From Malacoraja senta (taxonomy: Eukaryota), in NCBI GenBank assembly GCA_038087875.1, contig CM075989.1, forward strand, positions 2,914,001-2,978,000: a stretch of 64,000 nt of DNA, read 5' to 3'. Positions 48,870 to 62,102 of this stretch are shown one piece after another. The translations under genes were made by a program, and so were the position numbers. Position 1 is the stretch's first letter, and the number at the start of each line of letters is the position of its first letter. Below the pieces are notes generated by a model. The model saw nothing but the letters and a program-made list of their open reading frames with translations. It was not told where the DNA came from and did not search any database.

Positions 48870-49069
48870 NNNNNNNNNNNNNNNNNNNNNNNNNNNNNNN
48901 NNNNNNNNNNNNNNNNNNNNNNNNNNNNNNNNNNNNNNNNNNNNNNNNNNNNNNNNNNNNNNNNNNNNNNNNNNNNNNNNNNNNNNNNNNNNNNNNNNNN
49001 NNNNNNNNNNNNNNNNNNNNNNNNNNNNNNNNNNNNNNNNNNNNNNNNNNNNNNNNNNNNNNNNNNNNN
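48870..49069. other. Assembly gap (200 N)
   Basis: Run of N. Confidence 1.
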
Positions 49070-49074
49070 CATGG

Positions 49075-49160
49075 GTGTATCCCTGGTATGATCAGACCAC
49101 ACCGTGAGCAGCCTTGGCAATGCACCAGGTTAGGGGAGGTGCAAGTGAATTATTGCTCCA
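49075..49160 (-). mobile_element. Penelope GIY-YIG relic
   Basis: Minus translation FTCTSPNLVHCQGCSRCGL resembles the PLE endonuclease segment preceding YIG. Confidence 0.55.
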
Positions 49161-49500
49161 CTGAACACGATCCGATCGTGGGAAGGAAGGAGGATTAAAG
49201 ATAGTTCCGTATCCTGCAGACACACAAGAGCTGGGCGCCACGGTGGTGCAGCGGTAGAGTTGCTGCCTCACAGCCCTTGCAGCGCCGGTTCGATCCAAGT
49301 TCGATACCGACTACGGGTGCTGTGTGTACGGAGTTTGTACGTTCCTCCCACCCTCCAAAGACGTGGAGGGTGGGAGGAATGTGGGCCAAAGGGCCTGGTT
49401 CGGTGGGCCAAAGGGCCTGATTCCGCACTGTATCTCGAAACTAAACTAAACTAAAGGCTCTGATAGAACATGGTGGCAGAACTGGGTTGGCTCCCAGACT

Positions 49501-49607
49501 AATGACATCAAGAGCCGTGGGAAGGTTGATTGGGGTGGGAGAGTAGACCTGATTAATGAAATCAAGAGCGGTGGGAAGGTTGATTGGGGTGGGAGAGTAG
49601 ATCTGAT
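49501..49607. repeat. 54-bp tandem duplication
   Basis: AATGA.ATCAAGAGC.GTGGGAAGGTTGATTGGGGTGGGAGAGTAGA.CTGAT at 49501 and 49555. Confidence 0.9.
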
Positions 49608-49745
49608 ATATTGATTAAAACTTTATTATCACGTGTGACATGTCACAGTGGAATTCTTTGTTTTGCAAACCATACACAACGTATGCAAAGAGACGTCATA
49701 TAAAGGGTGCGGACAAAGTTACAAAGTACTCAGTGTAGTCCCTAA

Positions 49746-50079
49746 AGAGCCTGTCCCACTTACGCAATGTTTTTCGGCGACTTGCCTGCACCCGTCATAG
49801 TCGCTGACATTGAGAGGTGGCCGAAAATTCTCAACATGTTGAAAACCCAGCGGCGACCAGAACAAGACTCTTTGGGTGACTACTCACGACCATACAGGCG
49901 TCACGTGTCGACATGTCGCGGGGAGACGCCTGTATGGTCGTGAGTTGTCGCCCAAAGAGTCGTAGCTTTTTCTGGTCGCCACTGGATTTTCAACATGTTG
50001 ATCATTTTCGGCCACCTGCTGCGACTATGACGGGTGCCGGCAAGTCGCCGAAAAAGATCGCGTAAGAGGGACAGGCCCT
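49746..50079. mobile_element. PIF/Harbinger-like MITE, near-palindromic
   Basis: AGAGCCTGTCCCACTTACGC / GCGTAAGAGGGACAGGCCCT; TSD TAA (49743-49745, 50080-50082). Confidence 0.88.
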
Positions 50080-50939
50080 TAATGGTTCCGCTTTGTTCTC
50101 TCGGCAGCCCCACCCCCCATTGCAGTTAATGGGAATCTGGAATGAAACAAGAATTGTTGGACACAGCCAGAAGGTCCGGAAAGAGAAACGGACTTCACAT
50201 TTAGGCTAGAGACACAAAATGCTGGAGTAACTCAGCGGAGCAAGCAGCATCTCTGGAGAGAAGGAATGGGTGACGTTTCGGGTCGAGACCCTTCTTCATT
50301 TAGGCTGATGTTACTGAGAGACAATGTGTCTCTCACTGGTGGGAAGATTGAAATGTCGACAAGTCCAGCTGCCTGACCTCCACTGAAATCAAAGCAGAGA
50401 AGATCATTTCTCAGAATAAAAGGACGTACCTTTAGAAAGGAGGAGGACTTTCTTTAGTCACAGGGTGGTGAATCTGTGGAATTCATTGCCACAGATGGCT
50501 GTGGAGGACAAGTCATTCGGTAATTGTAAAGCGGAGATTGACCGATTCTTGATTAGTACGGGTGTCAGTGGTTATTGGGGAGAAGGCAGGAGAATGGGGT
50601 TGAGAGGGAAAGATGGATTGAAATGATTGAAGGACAGAGTAGACACGATGGGCCAAATGGCCTCATTCTGCTCCTTGAACTTAAGAATTGATGAACTCTC
50701 GGTGTACAACTCCTATACACTTGTACTGTATCTGAGATGCTTATCTAAGATGTATCTAACTGTTTATGTACAGTGATGCTGATACTGAACTGTATAATAA
50801 AATGAATTTCACTGTCGGTACATGTGAAAAATAAAGTACCATTGAAAGTACCAATGAACCATAAAACCAAGCATATGACTTCAGAATTCATGAACTTCTT
50901 CATCAAAACAGGATCTGGGTGATGAGTGTTTGATTTTTA

Positions 50940-51478
50940 TTTTAGAAATACAGCATGGAAACAGGCCTTTCAGCCCACCGAGTCTCATCAACCATCGATC
51001 ACTCCTTCAATCTAGTTTCTATGAATTCCCACTTTCGCGTCCACTCCTTTACACATTAGGGGCCATTTACAGCGGGCCAATTAACCTACAAACCCGCCCG
51101 TCTATGGGATGTGGGAAGAAACCGTAGCACCCGGAGGAAACCCACGCGGTCACAGAGAGAACGGATAATCTCCACTGAGACAGCACCCGCGCGGTCAGGA
51201 TCGAACCCGGTTTTAATTTAGTTTAGAGATACAGCGCGGAAACAGACCTTCGGCCCACCGGATCCGCGCCGACCAGCGATTACCAAGCCAATTAACCTAC
51301 AAACCTGTACGTCTTTGGAGTGTGGGAGGAAACCGAAGATCTCAGAGAAAACCCACGCAGGTCACGTGGAGAACGTACAAACTCCATACAGACAGCACCC
51401 GTAGTCAGGATCGAACCCGGGTCTCCGGCGCTGCATTCGCTGTGAGGCAGCAACTCTACCGCTGCGCCACCGTGACCG
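50940..51478 (-). mobile_element. Two adjacent HE1-type SINEs
   Basis: Two tail-body units on minus strand (~50940-51210 and 51211-51478). Confidence 0.85.
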
Positions 51479-52655
51479 CTGCTCTACCCCCGCACCACTA
51501 TCCGCCCTGTTTCACGACAGTCATGGTTTGGAGCTTTGACCTCCAAGTTATGTTGGTATGGACAGAATTTTGACACATTGTTTAATGCACAACTGAGATC
51601 AGGAGAAGGTGAAATTGACCAGAAGTTCCCAATCAAATCTGAGGATTGATGCGATTTCTCCTGGAACGCATTATTAGTGTACTTAATCAAAATTGTAATG
51701 GTACTAAATCTGTGTCGAAAATGTGAAATGTCAAAATGTAATTCACTCCAGTCATAAGGGTCCCGGCCTGAAACATCTCCTGTCCGTTCCCTCCACAGAT
51801 GTTGCCTGACCCGCTGAGTTACTCTTCCTATCCTGTATCCAGTTACTCTGTGGACAGAATCATACATTGTCTTTCCTCTGGCTGGTTAGCACGCAACAGA
51901 AAAGCTTTTCACTGTACCTCAGTACACGTGACAATAATGAATAAACTAGACTAAACTAAATAAACTAAACTAAGACAAAATGTTGTAGGAAGGAACTGCA
52001 GATGCTGGTTTAAAGTGAAGATAGACACAAAATGCTGGAGTAACTCAGCAGGACAGGCAGCATCTCTGGGGAGAAGGAATGGGTTGCATTTTGGGTTGAT
52101 ATCCTAGGATGGAAGGAATGGGTGACGTTTTGGGTCGAGACCACAAAGTCACCCATTCCTTCTCTCCAGAGATGCTGCCTGCCCCACTGAGTTACTCTAG
52201 CCTTTTGTGTCTATCTTCAAACTCAACTAAAAACCTGTGCCATTTAATTTTTAGGTATATTGTGCAATCTACCTTCCGCCAACTTTGTTGAGATGAAAGA
52301 ATGCAATGTTATGAACGAGTGCCAGATGACATTTCCCATCTGGAGTCCTGACAGGATTCACATCCTGCAGGAATGCTTTATTTCTTATTCTGTGCTTTGA
52401 CAGTTAAAGCTGTTTGCACTCAAGTTCCAGCGGTGGAAGGTGAAGGCGATTCTTCAATAGAATGGCTGGATACCCCCGCTCCCTGCAACATGGTACCTGG
52501 CTAAAGATAGACACAAAATGCTGGAGTAACTCAGCGGGACACACTGCATGTCTGGAGAGAAGGAATGGGTGACGTTTCGGGTCGAGACCTTACTTCAGAC
52601 TGTCTCAACTGTAAATGTGATAAACACATCACAGGCCGAGTTGAACTCTTCACAT

Positions 52656-53300
52656 GCGGCACAGTGGTGCAGCTGGTAGAGCTGCTGTCCTACGGTGTCA
52701 GAGACATGGGTTCAATACTAACTTTAGACTTAATACTTTAGAGATACAGCGTGGAAACAGGCCCTTGGGCCCACCAAGTCCACGCCGAACAGCGATCACA
52801 CCCGTGCACTAACACTATCCCGCACGCGGGGCAAGTTACAATTTTTATCAAAGCCAATTAACCTACAAACCTGTACGGCTTTGGAGTATGGCGGGAAGCC
52901 GGAGCACCCAGAGAAAACCCACACGGTCACAGGGAGAATGTACGAACTCTGTACAGATAGCAACCGCAGTCAGGATCAAACTTGGGTCTCATGGCGCTGA
53001 AAGGGAGCAACTCTACCGCTGCACCACTGTATGCCACTGTGACCTTGTATGCTGACTGTGTAGAGGTTGCATGTTCTCCACATGGGTTTCATCCGGGTGC
53101 TCCGGTTTCCTCCCACATCCCCCAAAACGCGTGGATTTGTAGGTTCATTGGCCTCTGTAAAGTGGTTCTTGTGTGTAGGGAGTTGATACGAAAGTTGAGA
53201 TGATAGAACTACTGTGAATGGGTGATCAATGGTCTGCATGGACCCAGTGGGCTATAGGGCCGGTTTCCATGCTGTATCTCTAAACTGAAACTAAATTAAG
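52656..53300. mobile_element. HE1-type SINE (plus) with an inverted SINE nested at ~52724-53030
   Basis: Plus head 52656-52720; body resumes ~53040. Confidence 0.8.
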
Positions 53301-54008
53301 TTGACTAAAACAGAAGCATGCAACAAAACAAAATCTCCGACAGAGAGCAGAGACATCTTATGGTTGACTTCAATGTTATTATGTGTCAGTAAGGACCAGC
53401 ATTCAATGGTCATATAAATAACATACAAAGAAAGCACAATAGAAGATAAACTGGCCATGATTAATGTTGCAGCTGTAACCATTGTTTCCTCCAATGTTTT
53501 GTTTATAGCAAATTATTACACATGAAATTCATTCAAGCAAATTCATTCAAAGAAAATAGTATCATGCTGTTGAAAATTGAACAAACACAGCATGGAGTTC
53601 TTTTACATACAGTGCATTCAGAAAGTATTCAGACCGCTTCATTTTTTCCACATTTTGTTATGTTACAGCCTTATTCTAAAAGGGATTAAATTCATTTTTT
53701 TTATCATCAATCTACACACAATACCCCAGAAGGAAGAAGTGAAAACAGGTGTTTAGAAATGTTTGCAAAGTAATTAAAAATAAATAACTGGAATATCACA
53801 TTACATTAGTATTCAGAGCCTTTGCTATGACACTCAAAATTGATCTTAGATGCATCCTGTTCCCATTGATTATCCTGGAGATGTTTCTACAACTTGATTG
53901 GAGTCAACCAGTGGTAAATTAAATTGATTGGACATGATTTGGAAAGGCACCCACCTGTCTATATGAGGTCCCACAGTTGACAGTGCATGTCAGAGCAAAA
54001 ACCAAGCC

Positions 54009-55010
54009 ATGAAGGTGAAAGAATTGTCCGTAGACCTCCGAGACAGGATTGTGTCGAGGCACAGATCTGGGGAAGGGTATAAAACTATTTCTGCAGCATT
54101 GCAGGTCCCGAAGAGCACAGTGGCCTCCGCCATTCTTAAATGGAAGAACTTTGGAACCAAGGACTCTTCATGGAGCTGGCCGACCGGCCAAACTGAGCAA
54201 TCGGGGGAGTAGGGTCTTGGTCAGGAAGGTGACCAAGAACCCGATGGTCACTCTGACAGAGCTCCAGAGTTCCTCTGTGGAGATGGGAGAACCTTCCAGA
54301 AGGACAACTACATCTGCAGCACTCCACTAATCAGCACTCACCTTTATGGTAGAGTGGCCAGACGGAAGCCACTCCTCAGTAAAAGGCACATGACAGCCTG
54401 CTTGGAGTTTACCAAAAGGCACCTAAACAAGCTTTTCTGGTCTGATGAAACCAAGATTGAACTCTTTGGCCTGAATGCCAGCGTCACGTCTGGAGGAAAC
54501 CAGGCACCGCTCATCACCTGGCCAATACTATACCTACAGTGAAGCATGGTGGTGGCAGCATCATGCGGTAGGGATGTTTTTCAGCGGCAGGAACTGGGAG
54601 ACTAGTCAGGATCGAGGGAAAGACGAACGGAGAAAAGTACAGAGAGAGCCTTGATGAAAACCTGCTCCAGAGCGTTCTGGGACCTCAGACTGGGGCGGAA
54701 GTTCACCTTCCAACAGGACAACGACCCTAAGCACACAGCCAAGACAACGCAGGAGTGGCTTTGTGACAAGTCTGTGAATGTCCTTCAGTGGCCCAGCCAG
54801 AGCCCGGACTTGAACCCGATCGAACATCTCTGGAGGGACCTGAAAATAGCTACGCATCGACGCTCTCCATCGAACCTGACAGAGCTTGAGAGGATCTGCA
54901 GAGAAGAATGGGGGAAATTACCCAAATACAGGTGTGCCAAGCTTGTAGTGTCATACCCAAGAAGACATGAGGCTGTAATCACTGCCAAAGGTGCCTCAGG
55001 AAAGTACTGA
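54009..55010 (+). pseudogene. Tc1 transposase pseudogene
   Basis: Paired-like N-terminus [28 protein letters not shown]-(34 aa)-SPDLNPIE; several frameshifts and stops. Confidence 0.93.
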
Positions 55011-55030
55011 GAAAAGGGTCTGAAAACTTA

Positions 55031-55356
55031 AGGGCCTGTCCCACTTACACAACCTTTACAGGCGACTGCCGGCACCCTTCATAGGTCGCCGAAATTTTCA
55101 ACATGTTGAAAATTCAGCGGTGACCAGAAAGATGCTACAACACTTTGGAGACCTCTCAAGACCACAGGAGACCTCTCAAGACCACAGGAGACCTCTCAAG
55201 ACCACGGGAGACCTCTCAAGACCACAGGAGACCTCTCAAGACCACAGAAGACCTCTCAAGACCACAGGAGACTTCTCTCGACAATACAGACTGTATGGTC
55301 GTGAGAGGTCTCCTATAGTCGTGAAAGGTGACCCGCGACATGTCGCCAGGTCTGGT
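55031..55356. mobile_element. Truncated Harbinger-like MITE inside the Tc1 right TIR
   Basis: TTA|AGGGCCTGTCCCACTTAC left end, homologous to 49746-50079; right TIR missing. Confidence 0.8.
55147..55285. repeat. 20-bp tandem repeat, 6 copies plus a partial
   Basis: Unit GGAGACCTCTCAAGACCACA. Confidence 0.95.
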
Positions 55357-55656
55357 TGTGATATTTCAGTTATTTATTTTTAATTACTTTGCAAACATTT
55401 CTAAACACTTGTTTTCGCTTTTTTATGATGGGGTGTTGGTGTCGATTGATGATTTAAAAAAATGCATTTGATCCATTTTAAAATAAGGCTGTAACGCAAC
55501 AAAATGTGGAAACGTGAAGGGGTCTGAATACTTTCTAAATTTGCCACCATGCCTTTTGTCCCAATTTTACATAGAATATAGAACAGTACAGCACAGGAAC
55601 AGGCCCTTCGGCCCACAATGTCTGTGCTGATCATGATTGCATACAGTTTTGTTCTA

Positions 55657-56183
55657 TTGCGTACAGTTTTGGTCTCCTAATTTGAGGAAGGACATCCTTG
55701 TGATTGAGGCAGTGCAGCGTAGGTTCACGAGATTGATCCCTGGGATGGCGGGACTGTCATATGAGGAAAGATTGAAAAGACTAGGCTTGTATTCACTGGA
55801 GTTTAGAAGGATGAGGGGAAAATCTTATAGAAACTTATAAAAGGACTGGACAAGCTAGATGCAGGAAATTTTTTCCCAATGTTGGGCGAGTCCAGAACCA
55901 AGTGCCACAGTCTTAGAATAAAGGGGAGGCCATTTAAGACTGAGGTGAGTTGTGAATTTGTGGAATTCCCTGCCTCAGAGGGTAGTGGAGGCCAAATACT
56001 GGATGGATTTAAGAGAGAGTTAGATAGAGCTCTAGGGGCCAGTGAAATCAAGGGATATGGGGAGAAGGCAGGCACGGGTTATTGATTGGGGACGATCAGC
56101 CATGATCGCAATGAATGGCGGTGCTGGCTCGAAGGGCCGAATGGCCTCCTCCTGCACCTATTTTCTATGTTTCTATGTTTCTA
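55657..56183 (+). mobile_element. CR1 3' fragment
   Basis: [30 protein letters not shown]; (TTTCTATG)n tail. Confidence 0.9.
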
Positions 56184-57121
56184 ACCTATACCAATTTTTA
56201 TCCGTTTGCTTATAACCTGTGTCCCTTCATTCCCTGCACATCCCTATGCCTATCCAAAAAATCTCTTAAATGCCACTGTCGTATCTGCCTCCAGCAGTAG
56301 GCTCGGCAGATGAATTCCAAGGACTCACCAGCCCGTTAAAAGCCACTATTATCTCTGGCACCACCACCATTCCACGGTTCACTGCTTCAATGGTTCTCTG
56401 TTGTCACATATGCTCAGCACAGTGAAATTCTTCTGCACAACCCATAACAGCACAGTCACCATATGTTGGCGCCATTTACAAAGAAAAAGTTCTAGGTCCA
56501 ACATCCAAAGTTCAGTCTAGTACAGGAAGTACTGCAGTACCCCTAATCCAGGTAGGCCCAGGTAATCCTCAGTCTGCTGAAGGCTTACTACACAATATTC
56601 CTCTCCTTGCCCGAGCTCCTTTATGCCCCTGGGGCACCTAATGCACCCACAGGTGCAGTAGAACGAACACTCAATTCCAAACTCAAGGAGAGATGACTTG
56701 ATTTAATCGTTGTACCTGTCCACTGAAGCAGGTAGGGTGGACACAGGGACTTCCTGCATGCTTCCACATAGTGCAGATGCATGGAGACAGCACTTGTGTC
56801 CTTGTGGAGATACTGTATCCTTGGACACGGCCTGCCCAGAGCACCTGGCTGTGGCTTTAGAGGTCTCTTTGCACACAAGACATGCCTTCTACATGCACAT
56901 GTTGGAAACATTCAGCCACCTCCTCCCTTTGTTGCAGCAGCCTTTCTTCCAGTTCTAGAAGGGCCCCGACCCGAAAAAGGAAAAGTCACCTCTTCCTTTT
57001 ACTCCACAGATGCTGCCTGACCCTCTGAGTCATTCCAGCACTTTGTATCTATCTAATTTCCAGTAGCAATGCTCCCCTCCAGCTCGAAGTGTGGTGCTTG
57101 CATTGTGGTACATCACTTACA

Positions 57122-57428
57122 GGGGTGGCATGGTGGTGCAGCGGTAGAGTTGCTGCCTTACAGCGCTTTCAGCGTCAGAGACCCAGGTTCGATCCTGACT
57201 ACGGGGGCTTGTCAGTACAGAGTTTGTACGTTCTCCCCGTGACCTGCGTGGGTTTTCTCCGAGATCTTTGATTTCCTCCCACACTCCAAAGACGTACAGG
57301 TTTGCAGGTTAATTGGCATTGTAAATTGTCCCTAGTGTGTGTAGGATGGTGTTAATGTGCGGGGATCTCTGGCTAGTTCAGACTCGGTGGGCTGAAGGGC
57401 CTGTTTCCACGCTGTATCTCCAAACTAA
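57122..57428 (+). mobile_element. HE1-type SINE
   Basis: TGGTGCAGCGG...GGTTCGATCC...CAAACTAA. Confidence 0.9.
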
Positions 57429-57664
57429 AGGGCCTATCACACTTGGGCGTCATTTGCACGTCATTTACGCGACATCATTTACGCGTCACAACGCACGATG
57501 CGCGCACCGTGATGCGCAAGTGATACGAGCATGGCGTGCATTATGTGTGCATGGCGCATGGTGACGTAGGCAGTTGCGCGCGACGCCCCAGGATTTGGGG
57601 ATTCACAAAATCTTCGCGCTCCACCTGCGTGACGCGCAAATAACACCCAAGTGGGACAGGCCCT
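57429..57664. mobile_element. PIF/Harbinger-like MITE (236 bp)
   Basis: AGGGCCTATCACACTTGGGCGTCATTTGC / GCAAATAACACCCAAGTGGGACAGGCCCT; flanks TAA / TTA. Confidence 0.85.
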
Positions 57665-57756
57665 TTAGAACCCGCTAAAGGTCCTTACTGTGTAACATCG
57701 TTAGAACTACAGGACCTCGCCACTCCTCGGTGTTAGTGTTAGTACAGCATCAGCAG

Positions 57757-58047
57757 TCTTAGAATAAAGGTCATTTAAGACTGAGGTGAGAAAAAACGTT
57801 TTCACCCAGAGAGTTGTGAATTTATGGAATTCCCTGCCACAGAGGGCAGTGGAGGCCAAGTCACTGGATGGATTTAAGAGAGAGTTAGATAGAGCTCTAG
57901 GGGCTAGTGGAGTCAAGGGATATGGGGAGAAGGCAGGCACGGGTTATTGATTGGGGACGATCAGCCATGATCACAATGAATGGCGGTGCTGGCTCGAAGG
58001 GCCGAATGGCCTCCTCCTGCACCTATTTTCTATGTGACTATGTTCTA
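57757..58047 (+). mobile_element. CR1 3' end
   Basis: TTTTCACCCAGAGAGTTGTGAATTTATGGAATTCCCTGCC and 3' UTR. Confidence 0.88.
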
Positions 58048-58354
58048 ATGGCACGATCCTCTGCACTAGGGACAATTTACAATGTTTTTATGTTTCTATT
58101 ACACAGCAACACCCAGCAACTGTGAATCTGACATTGAAGTTCTCATTCTTTCTGCAAATTTCACAGTTATCATTAACACCAAAAACATGGATTGGCGCCA
58201 ATTCTAGGCTGTAGGTTACACAACAATCATATTGCTAAAAACGTCATCCATTCCTTCTCTCCAGAGATGCAGTCTGACCTGTTGAGTTACTCCAGTTTTT
58301 TGTGTCTCTTCGGTTTAAACAGCATCTGCAGTTTCTTCCGACACAATCTTATTG

Positions 58355-58665
58355 TTTAGTTTAATTTACTTTCGACATACAGCGCAGCCACAGGCCCTTC
58401 GGCCCATTGAGTCCAAGCTGACCGGCGATCCCTGTGCACTAACACTATCCTAAACACCAGGGACTATTTACAAATTTTCTTAAAACCAAAGCCAAATTAA
58501 CCTACAAACCAGTACGTCTTTGGAGTGTGGGAGGAGACCTGAGCACCCGGAGAAAACACACAGTCGTAGGGAGAACGTGCAAACTCCGTACAGACAGCAC
58601 CCATAGTCAGGATCGAACGTGGCCCTCTGGTGCTGTCAGGCTACCGCTGTGCCATCTTGCTGCCC
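58355..58665 (-). mobile_element. HE1-type SINE
   Basis: Degraded head, body and tail on minus strand. Confidence 0.8.
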
Positions 58666-58954
58666 TAATTGCTGCCAATGTTTTGAAGGGGAGAAGTCAT
58701 TGGGCAATATTTGCCTTGAAAGTAGATTTGGAGATGTGCTTCTGATAGTATCTTGGCTTTTGGCATGTTTCCAGTACGTTATTTTAAATGATGCTGTGAT
58801 TATTTGGCAGGCCTGCATTTTACCTTCATCTCCCTTCCATTTATATTTCTCATGTAGTTGTCCCACCGTTGACCACTTCCCAGTCGCACTCTTGTCCCAC
58901 CTTCCATCAACACGCATTCACAGAGCATTGATCTTTCAACAGTGTCAGGACTGC

Positions 58955-59418
58955 TAAGACATTGCCAGGACTTGAGGGCCTGAGTAATGGGGAGAGGTTG
59001 GACAGGAGAGGAATGTGTTCCTTGGAGCACGAGGATGAGGATGAGGATCTTATAGAGTGGTGTAAAACCACAAAGGGAATAGATGGGGTAGATGCACAGC
59101 CTTTTACCAAGAGGGGCAGAATTAAGAATTAGGGAACATAGGTTTAAGGTGAGAGGGGCAAGATTTAATGAGAAGCTGGTGCAGCTTTTTCACACAGAGG
59201 GTGGTGAGCATATGGAACGTCCTACCAGAGGCAGTAGTTAAGGCAGGTACTTTAACAACATTTAAAAGGCATTTTGACAAGTACTTGGATAGAAAAGGTT
59301 TAGAAGGATATGGGTCAAACGTGGGCAGATGGGATTGGCGTAGATGTGGAATCTTGGTCAGCATGGGCTAGTTGGGCCGAAGGGCCTGTTTCTGTGCCGT
59401 GTGCCTCTATGACTATGA
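58955..59418 (+). mobile_element. Degraded CR1 3' fragment
   Basis: FFTQRVVSIWNVLPEAVVKAGT. Confidence 0.82.
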
Positions 59419-60356
59419 CCGCAGCCGTGTTGAGAGAACCGTGTTCTCAGATTAGAAAACTCACAACAGCTCTGAAAAGAAATCTCTGGGGCGATACAAA
59501 TAACCAGGCAAAAATAAGCAGTGAAACACAGACTTAGATAAATGCCTTGGAGAATATAACATTCTGGATGATTTAAATTAATCTGCGATTTGACTGAGTT
59601 TGAGATCAAATAGCTTAATCAAATTTATACTCAACATCGTGTTAACATCTCCCTGAGACTGAGTCACATTTGTTCAGGTTTCGTCTCTTCCCAACTGCAG
59701 CAAAAAACAGTTTATTTGTTTGCATTGATGTTTACAACAGAGCGCCGATGGTGACTGAATATAACGTCCACCGGCATTGGACAGATATGTGTGCAATGTT
59801 CCACTTCAAAGAGACAGAAACATAGAAAATAGGTGCAGTAGGCCATTCAGCCCTTCGAACCAGCACCACCATTCAATATGATCAAGAGTTAAGAGAGTTT
59901 CATTGTCATGTGTCCCAGATAGGACAATGAAATTCTTGCTTGCTGCAGCACAACAGAATATGTAAACATAATACAGAACGGGAGATAAAAGTTCAGTGTG
60001 TCTATAGACCATATATATACAATAAATAAACAGATATAGTGCAATAATATTAAGTATAGACTGTTAATAATAGATCATGGCTAATCATCCAAAATTGGTA
60101 CCCCGTTCCCGCTTTCTCCCCATATCCCTTGTTAGCCCGAAGAGCTATATCTAACTCTCTCTTGAATACATCAAGAGAGAGTACATCAAGTTCTCCAAGA
60201 GTCACTGTGTACAAGTCACAATTAAGAGGATATGTGAGCAGGGGTAAGCCCTATGGTTCCTCGTGCCCGTTCACCGTTCAGTACTAGAGTTGATTCCTTA
60301 CTATTGGCAGGCTAGGACTGGATTCCTTGGAGTGCAAGAGGCTGAGGACTGATATT

Positions 60357-60953
60357 ATACAATAGACAATAGACAATAGACAATAGACAATAGGTGCAGG
60401 AGCAGGCCATTTGGCCCTTCGAGCCAGCACTGCCATTCAATATGATCATGGCTGATCATCCCCAATCAGTATCCCATTCCTGCCTTCTCCCCATATCCCC
60501 TGCTATTTTTAAGAGCCCTATCTAGCTCTCTCTTGAAAGCATCCAGAGAACCTGCCTCCACCGCCCTATGAGGCAGAGAATTCCACAGACTCACCACTCT
60601 CTGTGAGAAAAAGTGTTTCCTCGTCTCCGTTCTAAATGGCTTACTCCTTATTCTTAAACTGTGGCCCTAGTTCTGGACTCCCCCAACATCGGGAACATGT
60701 TTCCTGCCTCTAGCGTGTCCAAGCCCTTAACAATCTTATATGTTTCAATGAGATCCTCTCTCATCCTTCTAAACTCCAGAGTGTACAAGCCCAGCTGCTC
60801 CATTCTCTCAGCATATGACAGTCCCGCCATCCCGGGAATAAACCTTGTAAACCTACGCTGCACTCCCTCAATAGCAAGAATGTCCTTCCTCAAATTAGGG
60901 GACCACAAACTGCACACAATACTCCAGGTGTGGTCTCACTAGGGCTCTGTACA
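60357..60953 (-). mobile_element. CR1 3' fragment
   Basis: [25 protein letters not shown]; (TATTGTC)n tail. Confidence 0.9.
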
Positions 60954-62102
60954 AATCTGTAAAATACAGGAGTATAAAACCACAAGGGGAATACCTAGGC
61001 ACAGTTCTTTTACCCAGACTAGGGGAATCAAGAACCAGAAGTAGGAGTAAGGTGAGAGGGGGAAGATTTAATAGGAACGTGAGGTGCAACTTGTTTCCAG
61101 AGAGGGTGGTGGATATATGTGACAAGCTGCCAGAGGAGATATACAGAATGAGGCAGGTATTGTAACAACATTTAAAAGACAATTGGACAGGTATGTTGAC
61201 AGGAAAGGCTTGGATGGATGTGGACCAAACGCAGACATGTCGGTTTGTTGGAAAATTAGCCTCTGTAAAAATATTGCTGCTAATATGCTGGAAGTGGATG
61301 TGTACATGGGAAATGGGGCTAGCTTAGATGGAGTATCTCTGTTGCAATGGAAAGGGCCTGCTTTGAAGTTCAATAACTGCATTAGGTATTCATAACAGCC
61401 CAATATCCACACCTCGATTGGGATGATAATTAAAATCATCAGAAATTAAATGATATCTCTTGGTCTTGGGAACTTGGCCTGTAAACATCCTCCCTTACAA
61501 TACATTCCCCAGTATTGATAAACCCCTAAGCTAGAAACAAAATGCTGGAGTAACTCAGTGGGTCAAGCAGCAACTCTGGAGAAAAGGGATAGGTCATGTT
61601 TCTGGTCGAGACCTTTCTGCAGACTGAGAGTCGTGGGAGGGGGAAATTAGAGGTATGAAAAGATACAAAGAATGAAAGGTATGGAAAGAACAAATCAAGG
61701 CCAGCAAGGATGATCAAGGAAAAATGGAGCCCACAATGGTCCATTGTTGGCTGTGAAAGAGGTGATAACGAGGGGGTATGAACAGTGAATCTAAGCAGGA
61801 CGACAGTGAAACTAGTAGGATGACCAGGGTGCAGGAGGGACGGAGAGAGGGGGAATTCAAGGGTTATTTTGTTAAATGATAATGAAATGGTTCACATCTT
61901 TCATATGTTCCTGTAAGTTAAAAAGGATAAAAGAGTTAAGCCTGAGCTTTCCCATGTTTCTTGCACTGATGTTGATTACAATTCAGCAACATTTAAAAAA
62001 ACGAAATTAGATATCTGCAGCACACATGTCAGAAGGCAAACAAAGTGATTCATCTCAAATCTGTTGCCTTCGGTAACTCGGGAACAGGATCTGCTTCTGA
62101 AA

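Larger units (their letters stand above)
53610..55545 (+). mobile_element. Tc1-family (DD34E) DNA transposon, defective
   Basis: TA|CAGTG left end; ~210-bp TIRs (53610-~53824; right copy ~55012-55540 interrupted by MITE, extreme end degenerate). Confidence 0.92.

Noticed and set aside
48724..49198. ORFs spanning 48870-49069
   Set aside because: Artefacts of the N gap.
55147..55285. 20-bp repeats as CRISPR or coding repeat (ORF 55120-55383)
   Set aside because: Spacerless minisatellite inside a MITE; the ORF is a by-product.
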